A DNA stretch of 62,461 nt, counting the filler, from Sphacelaria rigidula (taxonomy: Eukaryota): the NCBI GenBank assembly GCA_964200075.2. It is 11 parts of 11 records of this genome, joined end to end, with 100 filler letters (N's around TTAATTAATTAA, not from the genome) between each part and the next. Parts side by side here need not be neighbours in the genome. Positions count along the whole stretch, not along the records: positions 5,689 to 11,276 come from CAXNAA020026076.1; positions 11,377 to 16,964 come from CAXNAA020026077.1; positions 17,065 to 22,652 come from CAXNAA020026078.1; 8 more parts are not named here. One strand, 5' to 3'. Below, piece by piece: positions 9,794 to 21,248 of the stretch; within the stretch, counting starts at the first letter, position 1, and every line of letters begins with the position of its first letter. Under the pieces are notes generated by a model, which was given only the letters and a program-made list of their open reading frames with translations, was not told the origin of the DNA and searched no databases. The translations under genes and the position numbers were made by a program.

Positions 9794-11276
9794 TATCGTG
9801 CCGTACTACTGGATACCAGAAGCCACCGAAAAAACCAAGTTGGAACACAACTGGTAAACGTTTCAGATGGCCGACGGTGAATTGCCAATGAACTTTCTCT
9901 CGCGGGCCCAGTTTATTCGTACGAAGCGTGAAGAATTTGATGTAGTTCTCTCAGACTGTGAAGCGAATGGGCATTTTGTTCGATGACTTTCTTCAGAGTA
10001 CGAGCACGAGCGTAGGAATTTACTAGCACTACAAGAGATAAGCATAGATGAGGTAACCTGCCAGCTGGGAAAGGCGTATGCAGAATCACAGTTGTTGAAA
10101 GAAAGGCAGAGAACAACCTTGAACCACCATGCACTTTCCGCTTCTAGTACTAGTGGAAGGGGCCATGGATCACCTGGCAGATGGCAGAACGGGGAAACCG
10201 GAGATCCCACAATCCGCGAAACCAACACAACCATCAACCACAAGTCAACACCGTCCAGCAGACTGATCTCCCGTACCAGCACCATGAGAGCGTCGATAGC
10301 TTTGTCTACGAGGACGAAGCTTTCAACGATGCCGGTTACGCCCACACAGTACAATACCATACCTCTCAACATCAACTGCAGCCGCAGCCTACCACAATCA
10401 CAGAACACCTTCCCCGCTACACACCACCTCCATCATCCAATCACCATCCACCACAATCTTCAGAACATAACCAATCCCAATACCATTCCTAGTCAACCGC
10501 ACCCCAGACCTATCACCCATCACAACTTCCACCGCCGGACGACTACCACCATGACCCTTCCTCTGCCGAACCACAGACCTATGTGTAATGCGTGAGAGGA
10601 CCGCGTGCTTAGAGGACCGCATCGGAATTTGAACACTCCTAGGGTTAGGGTTAGGGTTAGGGTTAGGGTTACGGTTAGTATTGGGGTTAGGATCAGGGGC
10701 GTGGTACCTGCAGGGACTGATCCGACTGGTTTTGAAAAACGTCGATCCTGAGGTATTTTGAAGTACGGCGCGGTCCTCTAAGCACGCGGTCCTCTTACGC
10801 ACTACACTATCACCCTTCAAAACTTCCACCGCCAGACCACACCAACCATTATCCTTCCTCCGCTGCACCACCACCACCATACTCGTCACTTTACCACGAG
10901 TCTTCCGACCAATTCTCCCATCCGGTAAACCCCCATGAAACCTCAACTGCCGATCTGCCACTTGCTGATAACCCTGGTAATAATGTGTACATGGCGCTTT
11001 CTACCGTGCCAGAGGAACCACTGTTTAGTTTAGGTGAACCCGACATTAGCAGTACAGTCATGTTGCATCGATCCAGATCTGTGCTCGTCCCTGATGCAGA
11101 GATATGGATAGCTGATTCAGGCGCATCACACCATACCACTGGGGACATGACTCATGTTTTTGATACTCACCCTCCTCCGCCGGGGAACGAGAGTGTTATT
11201 CGGGGTAATAACAGGGTTGCCAGAAAAATGAGAAGGTATTTTGAAATGAGAATCCACCGCTCCCCGGGATTGTGTC
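9794..11276 (+). pseudogene. copia gag C-terminal part, Pro-rich linker and aspartic protease
   Basis: UBN2-like frame with in-frame stops, then EIWIADSGASHHTTGDMTHVFDTHPPPPGNESVI; interrupted by the MITE at 10584-10806. Confidence 0.8.
10584..10806 (+). mobile_element. MITE family T carrying an internal (TTAGGG)n array
   Basis: 37-bp TIR TGTAATGCGTGAGAGGACCGCGTGCTTAGAGGACCGC (2 mismatches); CTAGGG(TTAGGG)4TTACGG at about 10639-10674. Confidence 0.9.
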
Positions 11277-11376
11277 NNNNNNNNNNNNNNNNNNNNNNNN
11301 NNNNNNNNNNNNNNNNNNNNTTAATTAATTAANNNNNNNNNNNNNNNNNNNNNNNNNNNNNNNNNNNNNNNNNNNN
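11277..11376. other. Artificial contig linker 2
   Basis: Same 100-bp N/TTAATTAATTAA/N spacer. Confidence 0.98.
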
Positions 11377-11442
11377 AATAGACAATAGATTCCATACTGT
11401 ACGCAGTACATTTTTCGATCGTGTATTCTTTTGTCCAGGGTA
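11377..11442 (+). mobile_element. MITE family P, right half (contig start)
   Basis: ATACTGTACGCAGTACATTTTT...TTGTCCAGGGTA. Confidence 0.7.
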
Positions 11443-11894
11443 TGATTTAGTTACTAACGTTACTTTTCCCTTCGGTGGCTGAGAAACCTCCGTTTACTGC
11501 GAGCCGGGCCAGCCTAGAGACGGATTTGAGGTACCGAGGTGATTTTTGCTTCACGCCCTATTCATTGTCTATACCAAATATTGAGGTCTAACTCTGAATG
11601 TAGGAAAGAGCATGGGCCTATCTAAAACCGGATCGGTAAATATTCGGATCAGTATTTCACAGGCTACTCACCAATTCACGTTTGGGTCCAGTGTTGAAGT
11701 TTCGTATAGGTGCTCCCTACAGATGAACAACTCGAAGAAAAATGGTTGGGTTGATTTTTTTCTATTTTCCACTGGTTTAGGGCGTTCTACTATGAAGATC
11801 ATTTTTTACATGAGGACGCTCTAACTTCTACAAAGAAATTTTGGAAAGGATTCCTTCTTCTTGTCATTCGGCATTCTTTTGTGGTTTCGTGCTA

Positions 11895-12053
11895 AAATTC
11901 GTCCCCATCCGCAGAATGTATCGATGGGGAGTCTTGTGGAGATTTTAGTATTGGCGCTATCTCACGAACAGGAATTACTGGACATGAAGTTTGATCAACG
12001 AAAAAACATGGGTCCAAACTTTTGAGCAGAGAGGTACCCCCTTGATCAGACGG
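11895..12053 (+). repeat. Dispersed repeat, copy 1 (copy 2 at 15700-15862)
   Basis: Shared AAT.CGTC..CATCCGC, AGGAATTACT..ACATG and TTTTGAGCAGA..GGT...CCCTTGATCAGACG. Confidence 0.65.
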
Positions 12054-12640
12054 GCTAACTCGTCTGTGTATGTGAGATATTATTTTTGAAGCTTGAATCC
12101 GGTTTTAGGCAGGCACCGCTCGTATGTTCTATTTCTAGGGAGATGGATCACCGGAGCCTTGTGTCGAGCGTTTTGTTGCAACTACAACAGTGGTGTCTTG
12201 CATACGTGGCTATTTGCTTTGATTAGTTTCAGTTCCGAAACACCCCTCCACACGACCGAATATGTGTCTTGCAGTAGCATGGCACTGACGCGCTTTATAC
12301 CCCTGAGGGTATTGAAATGTAGCTAAAAACTCAGCGCAGATTTGATACGAAAGAGCCTGAGATGAAGCGAAAAATCGTTTCTAATTTTTGTCCCTATAGG
12401 ACAGGAAGGACCGTTAAACCATGCATTTCATTATTTCTAGTTTCGTGCAGCACTTCTAGTCGCTGCACCCGCAAGACATGCCCACCCGACGGTAGACATG
12501 TGCGGCGAATGTATGGATAGGCACCAGGGTGGGAGTGCCCCCCCACCCGGGTAGTGTCGGACTCGGGAAGTTGAAACAAAAATGTCCCCCAGCTTGACTC
12601 TGTACATGAGTCATCCTACCCATCCGGGCATCGGTCCGCA

Positions 12641-12698
12641 GTTGCGAATGATCAAGTCCACTCCCGAGCAGCGCTCTACTCTCAATCTCTCGCAAACG
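12641..12698 (-). mobile_element. MITE family G, terminal fragment
   Basis: GCGAATGATCAAGTCCACTC...GCGCTCTACTCTCAATCTCTCGCAAAC matches the reverse complement of 468-520. Confidence 0.65.
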
Positions 12699-14279
12699 TG
12701 AAAGTTTACGCATATGTGCGTGGTCAGGGCCGCAGAATGATATATATTGAAAAGGTGGTTGCTATTGATGCAAACTGGGGACTTTGCTCCGCTCGTCGAA
12801 GCTGGCAGTGACTCATGATTGTATTGTTGTAGACGTTGTTACTCCATGACAACATAGGCCACCTGACGCAACATATAAATTACACCTCCATTCTCCTCCA
12901 TAACCCAACAGAATTGCGAGGTCCTCTCAGGGCTAACAGCTCTGGCTCCGAAGATAGTCCCTCTGACCTAACCTAACGAAGTACTTTGCTTCATAACGGT
13001 TGTTCGGTTAGAGGGTCTATCCTCTGAACCAAAGTAGTCAGGTGTGGAGACGGCGGGACGAAAAACAGAGAAGTGCCCCATTTTCGCCGTATCTCCCCCG
13101 GCCAATGAAAACGAAACAAGATGAAAACTCTGGAAGTAAGCAACGATAGACAGCAGAGTAGTGTAACAACACGACTCGTGCGACCGGTGTTGCGACGATG
13201 GACGCACGCTTTCACGCGGTAGTCATGACGGTCGAGAACCAGGAAGAGAGCAAAAAAAAAGAGCGTGGCCGCGGGACTGTAGGGCCCCAATAAACTGATC
13301 GTTGTAGACAAACGGGGCTGTGATTGAGGCGCGTTTGGGAGACCGCGGAGACGCGACGTTGCCACTTCGCTAACGCTGCTTGACGGCCGGGGCGAGGGCG
13401 ATCCGCACGCGGGCAAGACCCTCGCGACTGAGAACCCTCGCTACGGGCAAGCCTGGCGGCGAAACGAGGCCGAGCGGCGGAGAAATCGCAGAAAAACAGC
13501 CCTAGGGCGCTGAGAGCGGATGCGCAGTAGACACGCTGAGCGTTCGAGTATGAAGGTATATAGGTTTATAATAGCTCATGACCTGTCCGGCGTGTGAGAA
13601 AGCATTTCAAGTCTGGGTGCCACGCTCATGGAGTCCTTTCTCACTCGTCTCACCTAGATTAAATTTTGATTCGCAACAAATCGAGCAACGGTCGCGAGGT
13701 GCACGCCCTCGAAGGATTCACACACTGAACGATACTCGAGAAGAAAACAGAAAAAGGAGTGGAGACAACGGGAAAAACACAGGAGTACAGTACACTATTG
13801 CAACGGGAGAAACAGTTCAGTAGACTTTTGCAGGCATACATACGGGCGGAACATGGTTCCCGACTCAGGTGTCTACATGTTAGTCACTCCTCTCGCCTTT
13901 CCTTTTCGGTTGAAACGCCCTACGTAACGAGAATTCAAACACCATCGCAGTCACTCGGATGACAAAACCCACAGGAGAGGAAAAATGTACCGAGAATAAC
14001 GCACACTACTTTCACAACCACCCCGCGACTTTGTCCCGCTCACATGTACAGTAGTACAGCACACAAGATCCAAAAATAAAGGAACTATCTTCACCGCGAT
14101 CTCAGTACAGCGCATGAGCGAAACACCAACCAAGCAGCGGGAGAGACAAATAAGATAATGACCAAGCCACGCGGAGCGTCCATATTGTTTTAGGTCCAGC
14201 TGAAACGCCCGCACCAGCGATGTTCAAAAACCCGAATGAATACACGTCAAGAGAGATTTATTCCATCTCTCGTCCATCA

Positions 14280-14325
14280 TCACTTGGTGTTGCTGAAGTC
14301 GTACATGGAGTACACGTGGCGGTAC
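14280..14325 (-). CDS. Probable terminal exon of an unknown gene (xYRHVYSMYDFSNTK*)
   Basis: Long pyrimidine-rich tract ending TTTCAG acceptor; all 14 sense codons end in C or G; TGA stop. Confidence 0.45.
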
Positions 14326-14530
14326 CTGAAATGAATATACGACAGTGCACAAAAGCGTAGAACAAACGAACACACGGAGAGGAGAAGGAGGACAGAGAAG
14401 TACGGGCGATTTCAGAAGTAGTGCGGGACAGACGATCTACAACGGAACACGGAAAACGGGCAACGCACAAATGATCACTGTGCATCTTTCATGCACTGGC
14501 TTGTTGAGCGAAGAAACATCAAAAACAAAT

Positions 14531-14800
14531 GTTTTCGTAAGATAGAGAGTGAAAAGCGGTCAATGAGTGAATGAATCGTTTCGGTTCCGAAATGCCCCCC
14601 CCAGGAGGCCCGATATGTTTTCTGTAATAGCTTGCCACTGAGGCTCGTTATATCTATGAGTAGGATATCGAGGTGTAGCTGTAAGTACACACCAGTGATG
14701 GAGGCAAAGAAGAGTACACACGGGGTGAAAAATCGGCTAAGTTAAAGCGAATGATGAGAGCCACTCTCAATGAGCGGTCTACTCTCAAAATCACGAAAAC
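14531..14800 (-). mobile_element. MITE family G, full copy
   Basis: GTTTTCGTAAGATAGAGAGT ... ACTCTCAAAATCACGAAAAC; internal sequence is the reverse-complement homologue of 468-755. Confidence 0.85.
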
Positions 14801-14892
14801 GTTCTTCGAACTTCCCCCGCATACATGGCCACCCTCCGAGTCTACTTACAGGCTGGGCCGGCCTACAAGCGGATTTGTACTTTGCAGGCGAA

Positions 14893-15152
14893 TTCGCAAT
14901 TTTCTTCTTGGAGTTGGAAAATGAAATTTGGTATGGACAATCAACAGGGCATGAAGAAAAGCTGTCTGTGAGGTCCCAACATATATATATATTTTTCGTG
15001 AGTAAAAGGGAATTTCACTAAAACCTCACAACTGATTTTTGCCCTTCACGAAAAAAAAAAAAACGTTGGGACCTCACAGACAGCTTTTCTTCATGCACTG
15101 TTGATTATCCATACCAACTTTCACTTTCCAACTCCAAGAAAAAAATTGCGAA
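14893..15152. repeat. Long inverted repeat (foldback), arms about 100 bp
   Basis: TTCGCAATTTTCTTCTTGGAGTTGGAAAATGAAA...GTGAGGTCCCAAC pairs with GTTGGGACCTCAC...TTTCCAACTCCAAGAAAAAAATTGCGAA. Confidence 0.9.
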
Positions 15153-15699
15153 ACTACATTTGAAAAACTGAGGCGGCGGAAATTCGGAACAGTATTTTGC
15201 AGGCCGTTTATCGGCCCACGTTTGGTATTTGTGGGTTGAAACTTTGTGCGGGACCTTGCTAGGTCGTGATGAACCAAGAAAATGGGTGAGGTTGGGTTTT
15301 CTTTTATTTCTTGACTGATTGAGGGTATTTTAATATGGTAACGATGATTTTTTTACATGAACGCCCCAACCTCTCATGAAAAAAAAATATGAAGGCCCAT
15401 TTTTTTTACTCAGCATACCTCTGTCGTTCTCCATGCCAAGTTTGGAATCACAATTAAAAAAATTGAGTTAAGGCCCAAGAGCAATGTTCATTTCTCCTCA
15501 AAACCCACCTCAAAACACGGAAAAAGATGAGAAAAAAACAAAAAAAACGGAAAAGCTGTGTTTTTTTTCGTTATGCACTAGCGGTTCTCCGTACCGAATT
15601 TCACAGCACAACTCTCAAAAACTGAGACGCGATATCCAGAATTAGGTGAAAGTGAGGGTATCTATCGTCTCCCCGTGCTCCAGGGAAGGTCCACACCAC

Positions 15700-15862
15700 A
15701 AATCGTCATCATCCGCTTAATCGATCGTTCGGGGTTTCATATAGATTTCAATGTGGACGCTGTCTCCGCTAGTTATAGGAATTACTTTACATGGGGTTTA
15801 CTCGACGAGGAAAAATTGGCCCAGATTTTTGAGCAGATGGTCACCGTCCCCTTGATCAGACG
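15700..15862 (+). repeat. Dispersed repeat, copy 2 (copy 1 at 11895-12053)
   Basis: Same shared blocks as copy 1. Confidence 0.65.
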
Positions 15863-16112
15863 ATTAATACGAATCAATCACACTAAAATCGTTTACTCGT
15901 CCGAACCTTGCAAGCATTCAAAAGTAGCATGTTGATTGGTCGCCGCAACCAGAGACTCGCCTCGCGGTCAATCAACGTGCTGCTTTTGGACGCTTGTCCC
16001 TATCCTGCTTCTATTTTCGACCTCGATAAGGCACCCTGTATCCGCCATTGGATCATGACTTTCCGTATGGAATTACCTGAATCCACAGCATTTTGCTTTA
16101 GTTTAGACACGA

Positions 16113-16470
16113 CCGGTCGAACCGGTGGCGCAGTCGTTAACCTCGGAACCTTTTAACGGTTGGGTCGTGGGTTCGAATATCGGAGCGATCTGGGATTTTT
16201 TCTCACACAATGCCCAACAGTGGAGAGCGACCATGTCGTGGGTACACAAAATTCGACTCAATGGTCGACGCGGGGAACGGACTGCTGAATCCCTCTCGCG
16301 ATAAAAAAAAAGGCAAGCACCGCAGGAGGACGATGGAGAACTAAAACAAACAAAAAAGAAGAAACTCCTGCGTCGGCGTTCTTCCTGTGTAACCCGGGCT
16401 GGTGCGCCCACATATGCCGAAAGGTATAGACCGGCGTCCAGAATAGATGAGACGACGAGAACACACAGAC
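16113..16470 (+). mobile_element. tRNA-derived SINE, full copy
   Basis: Box A-like TGGCGCAGTCG and box B GGTTCGAAT; body collinear with 2412-2771. Confidence 0.85.
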
Positions 16471-16800
16471 AGTATGACATCAATTTAATTTAATTTAAGT
16501 GTTGAACAATTCCGTCTGCAAGTTTCCTCAACTACTTGGTTCCAACATGCTCTTCCTTACACCCCCTCCCCGTCTCGGCCTGTCTGTTCATGAGCCTTCA
16601 CCTCTCCAAGTGGGGCTACGCATGTAGTTTTGCACTTTCGTAGGGCCCCTTGCCCCAAGACCAATCATGACAACATTTGAGGACGACACGAACCTGTGCA
16701 GTATCATCCCGTTGCTTTGACTCACTGCTCTTATCGTTCGCAACTTCGGCATGACATGATACAGTTCCCCAGAGCCGTTACAACCGTATACTTGTGACAA

Positions 16801-16950
16801 GGGGGGGGGGGAGGGGGTATACTCATACGCATGATCTTGCACGCATGTCATATGACCATTGACCTCGCATCCCTACAAAGCCGCGACGAACCACGCCAGG
16901 TCCTCGCCGGACCAGACTTGCACTCAATCACCAAGCGCGAAGCGCCGTGA
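16801..16950 (+). mobile_element. Repeat family C (G-run-GTATACTC head)
   Basis: G-run, GTATACTCA, TGACCATTGACCTCGCATCCCTACAAAGCC; homologues at 17410-17500, 21680-21728, 33813-33960, 41549-41632 and 55350-55566. Confidence 0.8.
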
Positions 16951-16964
16951 TGCGTTCGGCGAGT

Positions 16965-17064
16965 NNNNNNNNNNNNNNNNNNNNNNNNNNNNNNNNNNNN
17001 NNNNNNNNTTAATTAATTAANNNNNNNNNNNNNNNNNNNNNNNNNNNNNNNNNNNNNNNNNNNN
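16965..17064. other. Artificial contig linker 3
   Basis: Same 100-bp spacer. Confidence 0.98.
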
Positions 17065-17409
17065 ACATACACTTTGGGGGCACGGAAGATGGGCAACCCC
17101 CAAAAATAGTTTCAAGGGGGTCGGGGGGCATGAGGTCGTCCATGTGAAATTCGTTGGTCATGACTTCAGGTCAGGGAAAGCCCTGCTTTCGAGTTGAAAC
17201 TCATTAAAATGATGAACCTTTAAAACGGATCCAGGCTGTTTTGTGCAGAAACCACGCTCGTACCGAATCGTAAAAGACAAAAACCACATATAGGAAAATG
17301 CTGCTCATCTACTACGCCTTCACTATTTGGGGTACGAAACTTCTCACCCATGCACCCTTCGCTCTGGCATACACTGGCAAAAAGAACACATACATAGAGG
17401 GAAAGATAA

Positions 17410-17500
17410 GGAGGGGGGGGGGGCGTACTCATTTGTTGCTTGCCTTAGTCATTTGACCATTGACCACGCATCCCTTTCGAGACGGAGCACCGTTCCTACT
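17410..17500 (+). mobile_element. Repeat family C, variant subfamily
   Basis: GCGTACTCATTTGTTGCTTGCCTTAGTC...CATCCCTTTCGAGACGGAGCACCGTTCCTACTCC matches the reverse complement of 55349-55435. Confidence 0.8.
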
Positions 17501-17559
17501 CCTAATAGATAAGGAGGGGAAAATAAGGAAGGGGACGACAGAATTGGTGAAACCCAAAG

Positions 17560-17880
17560 GATTCAGAGCACCAGGGGGCATCTCCAACCACCGACCAAGG
17601 ACGAGATAAACACCCGGTAGGAACATACAGGATTCTGCTGTTGGCGGCTATCGACGCAGCAGCCTCTCCTTTGTGACGGCGGTCTGATTCTCGTTTGGCT
17701 TCGCGTCGCCATGTGCCCTCGAACTCTTCCGTCCCTTCTTCGACTCCAAGAGGCCATTTGCTCGTGGTCAACTGTCCGTTCATTATGCGTTTGGGAAGGC
17801 ATGCTTCCTTCTGCCGGACAAGGGCTCCCGCGAACCAGAGTTGTGTGGCTGGGACAACCCGCCGAAATTCCCATGTTCGC
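17560..17880 (-). mobile_element. RTE-like LINE 3' fragment (degenerate)
   Basis: QLWFAGALVRQKEACLPKRIMNGQL resembles the RTE ORF C-terminal motif; the LINE at about 47150-47180 has RRLPKRIAFGTL. Confidence 0.6.
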
Positions 17881-19769
17881 ACCGTACGGTATTTGCCAAC
17901 AGAGATATACTTGTACGCGTTTAACGCTGTGGTAGTGTTAATTACCCCTGCTGAGCGACGTGGTGGCCTCCGTCACCATCTCAGACGCGAAATCAATATC
18001 GTTTGCATGTGTGAAGTGAGGAAGTAAAGTGTTCCAAGACGGATACCAACACATGCTAAAATGTGACCTTACAAGGGTTCGGTTTGCACGAGAACGCTGC
18101 TGTATTTTTACTTATCATACTAACTGTGTATTGACGGATGCCCTGTCCCGATCTGTGTGTTGTCACCAACCATCGTAAAATTCAGGTCCGTTTTGGAAAT
18201 CGGCGATCACTGCTGGGAAAACCTCAGACACGAAATACTCCGCGGTAATCAACCCAGAGAGTGGACCGGGGACAAATGAGGTTTGACGCTTATGTCGTGG
18301 GGCTGGCGGAGCTGAGCGATGCGGGCGTCGAGTTGTGCTGTAAAAGGGGCTGGTATTGTTACGATAAAACTTTGTCATTCCTCACTAGACGTCCCTAGAG
18401 TGCAGGTTTAAGTCTTACGCCTGTTGTATCGATCTGTTGCTAGGAGCGGAACGTCTTGCTACGTTGCAGCCAAATCCAGCCAGTGGTGCTTCTACATACA
18501 AGACTCAAAAGTCTGTACGCGCTGGGGTTGTTGTTGGACGGTACACAACTGACAAGCGACGAACCACCTGAAAAAAAATCGTCAAAAGGAATAACAGCGA
18601 CAAGGAAACCAAAAAAAGAGGCAGAATTATAGCCTCCTTGTCGTGAGAAATTGGGTGATAAAAAATCTGCTCAATTTCGCGCGATCTATGACGCACACCT
18701 GAGCCTGTTCTTTTCCCATGCGGCACGACACGCCCGCGGTTCCCCCGGCTGGTCCGTCGCTGACGAGGAAATATTCACCGCGCCTCGATATACACACCAA
18801 ATTCGTAAAATTCTGGCGTGAAAAACGCTATGGAGATGCGATTTCTTTCATTTCTTTGGGAAACTCGACGTGACGAGGTGATAGGACGATTGTCTTTTCG
18901 AACGTCGTGACCATGGTCCAGGGTCGGTCTGGATCGGCGCTGGTTTAGGTTATGAACTATCCGACCGCGGCCAATCGTCGAACGTAGCGTGTTTCACGAT
19001 AACTAACGTTGAGAACCCGACATATTAAGAAGAACGAGTGGACCATTGGGTCAAGAGCGAAGTCGGTGTTTTTCGAGAGGACATTATTGCTACAAATGCT
19101 TCGTAGCAGTGTCCATGTGCGTATGACAGATCATGTCGCGGATTTCAATGAGCGGCCCACATCAACGACGAAGTGAGCAGGACACCAAGGTGACGACTGC
19201 TTCTTTTTATTGCCATAATTTCTCTGTCCCACAAGTAAAGCTTGTTGAGGTGAACAGCCTTTTCAGTGTAGTCTACAGTACTGATCAGCCACGGTACGGA
19301 GGTATCCGTCTTCACGGGTTCTGACAGTTACATGTGGTGGGATTTGATACCGTAGTAGGCGTATGTCTTGTACCTAGGTACGCAATGTTTGCTGGTCATG
19401 GTGTTGGGGTAGCCACATCCAGCCACTTCGTTCTCTTCCTTTATTTCCTTCCTTGACTTGCTTAGTCAAGCTATGTAATACTACTCTTCTACATCAACAT
19501 GATCGGCTCAACCGTGTCCTTTGATCGACTTCAACAGTCGTGTCCAGCTGTCCCTGTTTATGGATCACGTGTCAAGGAACAATGCTGTCTATGTTTACAC
19601 GGGCCCTTAACCGTGTTCTATTCATCAGGCAATAATGTTCCTGAAATACTTGGCATTTCTTCATTTGAAAGATTTTTTCGCACATGCCCCTTCGTGGCCG
19701 AACGGCCGGAAAACATCAGTCGACACGACAATCATCGTTCCTCTCCCCCTTTTCGGGGGTGACAGCGGT

Positions 19770-20340
19770 GGTTTTTCTGGGCTTCGGAGCAGGACAGCTT
19801 GATGAGGCGAGCCATTATTTCCGCTCCCTCTTTCTAAAACCACTGCCTCACGGTCTCCGGGCCGTATTCCAGCACGATATTGTACAGCTGATTGGGCACT
19901 TGCCTGAGCATAAATTTCCGATTATGCTTGTTGACCGTCCGAAGCCCTGCGGTCTTTATTAGAGTAAGAAGCGACGGCCGCCCACTCCGACGTTTGTTTG
20001 AGAGGTCAAGCTACCTTTTCCGCTACTTCTCTCTCAAGCCCATGCTTCGCGGTCTCTAAGCCGTATTTAGCCTGCTTGATCTATTTCAGCTGATTGGACA
20101 CTTGCCTCCGCGTACATCACCGATCCTGCTTGCTCACCGCCCGCAGCGGTGCGGCCTTTGTTGGAGCAAGAGGCGACGGCCGTCCACTCCGACGTTTATA
20201 TGAGATACCCAGCCCCTCAGTATCGTCTATCTGAGCTTTGTAGATCTTTCAAAGTCTTGTCGGGTACTCGGGGCTAACACCGTAGCGCTCGGTCAGCGGA
20301 TCTAGAATGCCCTCCGGCGCCTTTGAGTCGTGTGGAGGAA
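19770..20340 (-). pseudogene. Tc1/mariner-like transposase N-terminal (HTH) remnant with internal tandem duplication
   Basis: Manual translation: LTERYGVSPEYPTRL*KIYK...SYKRRSGRPSPLAPTK...RQVSNQL, repeated as LSNKRRSGRPSLLT...RQVPNQL...YGPETVRQWF*; the RSGRP motif is typical of IS630/Tc1/mariner; no DDE/D domain seen. Confidence 0.55.
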
Positions 20341-20786
20341 TGGCCATATCTCTACCGATTTGGCGCAACGGCTACCCAATAATGCTTCAGCGCCCACTTT
20401 ACGACGTGGTGGGGGGGGGGGGGGGGGGGGGGGGGGTGTGGGAGAGTCCACCGTGATCTTGAAAGGGAGTGGGCGATTGAGAGTCGAAAACCTTCAAAAG
20501 CCGGCTATTTGCACATTATCTATTTTCAAGGAGTCCCCCAACGAATCCCTGAATATGAACCAAACATTCCCAAAATTAGGACACGTTCGTCAAAAAAGTT
20601 CCAGATAATCATGACCCTAACTGTGTTTTCTTCCTTTGAGCATCTCCACAGCGATACATTTTGAACGAACCTAACTATAGCAACCTAGGCACCTCCGTTG
20701 GGATAGGAAGATGTACACCCGAAAACAGACTCTGATTATGGCACAGAGAAAGCATGCTGTCAAATGTGACTTGCCGTTACCTTCAG

Positions 20787-21074
20787 ACAACGAGTGCATC
20801 CTCCCAGCTCGCTTTCTACATTCGATATATTGTTTTATCCTGTCTGAAAAACATATTACGGCATGATTATACCGCTTGACCGCCCTCACTTGCTCCTGTG
20901 CAATGCTTATAATTCGGTGCCACATGGCTACTGATTCCCGACTGAAGCGTACTTCCACAAGATATTTGTGGGACAGAGAGCATTAGAATACGAAGCATCT
21001 GGAACAACTGTTGCTTGGCCTGCTGCCGAGGATTCGTACCAGCTGAACATATTTTTCTCCGTGAGGCAAGTCGC

Positions 21075-21112
<38 letters not shown>

Positions 21113-21248
21113 CTCTTTCGCTCATGAATTTGTGCCGCGTATGTCGGATTTTGTGCTACCTGCCGACCTAGTTCGGATCGAGGGACTGGAGAGACGTGGT
21201 AGCAGACATTGAGAAGTACGAGGAGTTTTATCCCGGAAAGTGCAACGG
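20787..21248 (+). CDS. Possible three-exon fragment of an unknown gene (20787-20860, 20962-21060, 21172-21248)
   Basis: AG acceptors and GC/GT donors give an in-frame, stop-free join: NECILPARFLHSIYCFILSEKHIT/IFVGQRALEYEASGTTVAWPAAEDSYQLNIFFS/FGSRDWRDVVADIEKYEEFYPGKCN. Confidence 0.35.
21077..21107. repeat. (CTG)n microsatellite
   Basis: About 10 TGC units. Confidence 0.95.

Larger units (their letters stand above)
6757..11276 (+). mobile_element. Degenerate Ty1/copia LTR retrotransposon, 5' half (putative LTR, gag, protease), with two nested insertions
   Basis: Gag UBN2-like stretch restored across the 7758-9793 insertion (SPSQAWSY/IVPYYW...KLEHNW*TFQMADGELPMNFLSRAQFI); copia protease motif WIADSGASHH near 11100-11135. 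The TG...CA LTR at about 6757-7063 is tentative because no second LTR is present. Confidence 0.85.

Noticed and set aside
10639..10678. True telomere or chromosome end
   Set aside because: Short, internal, and enclosed by MITE TIRs in the complete copies.
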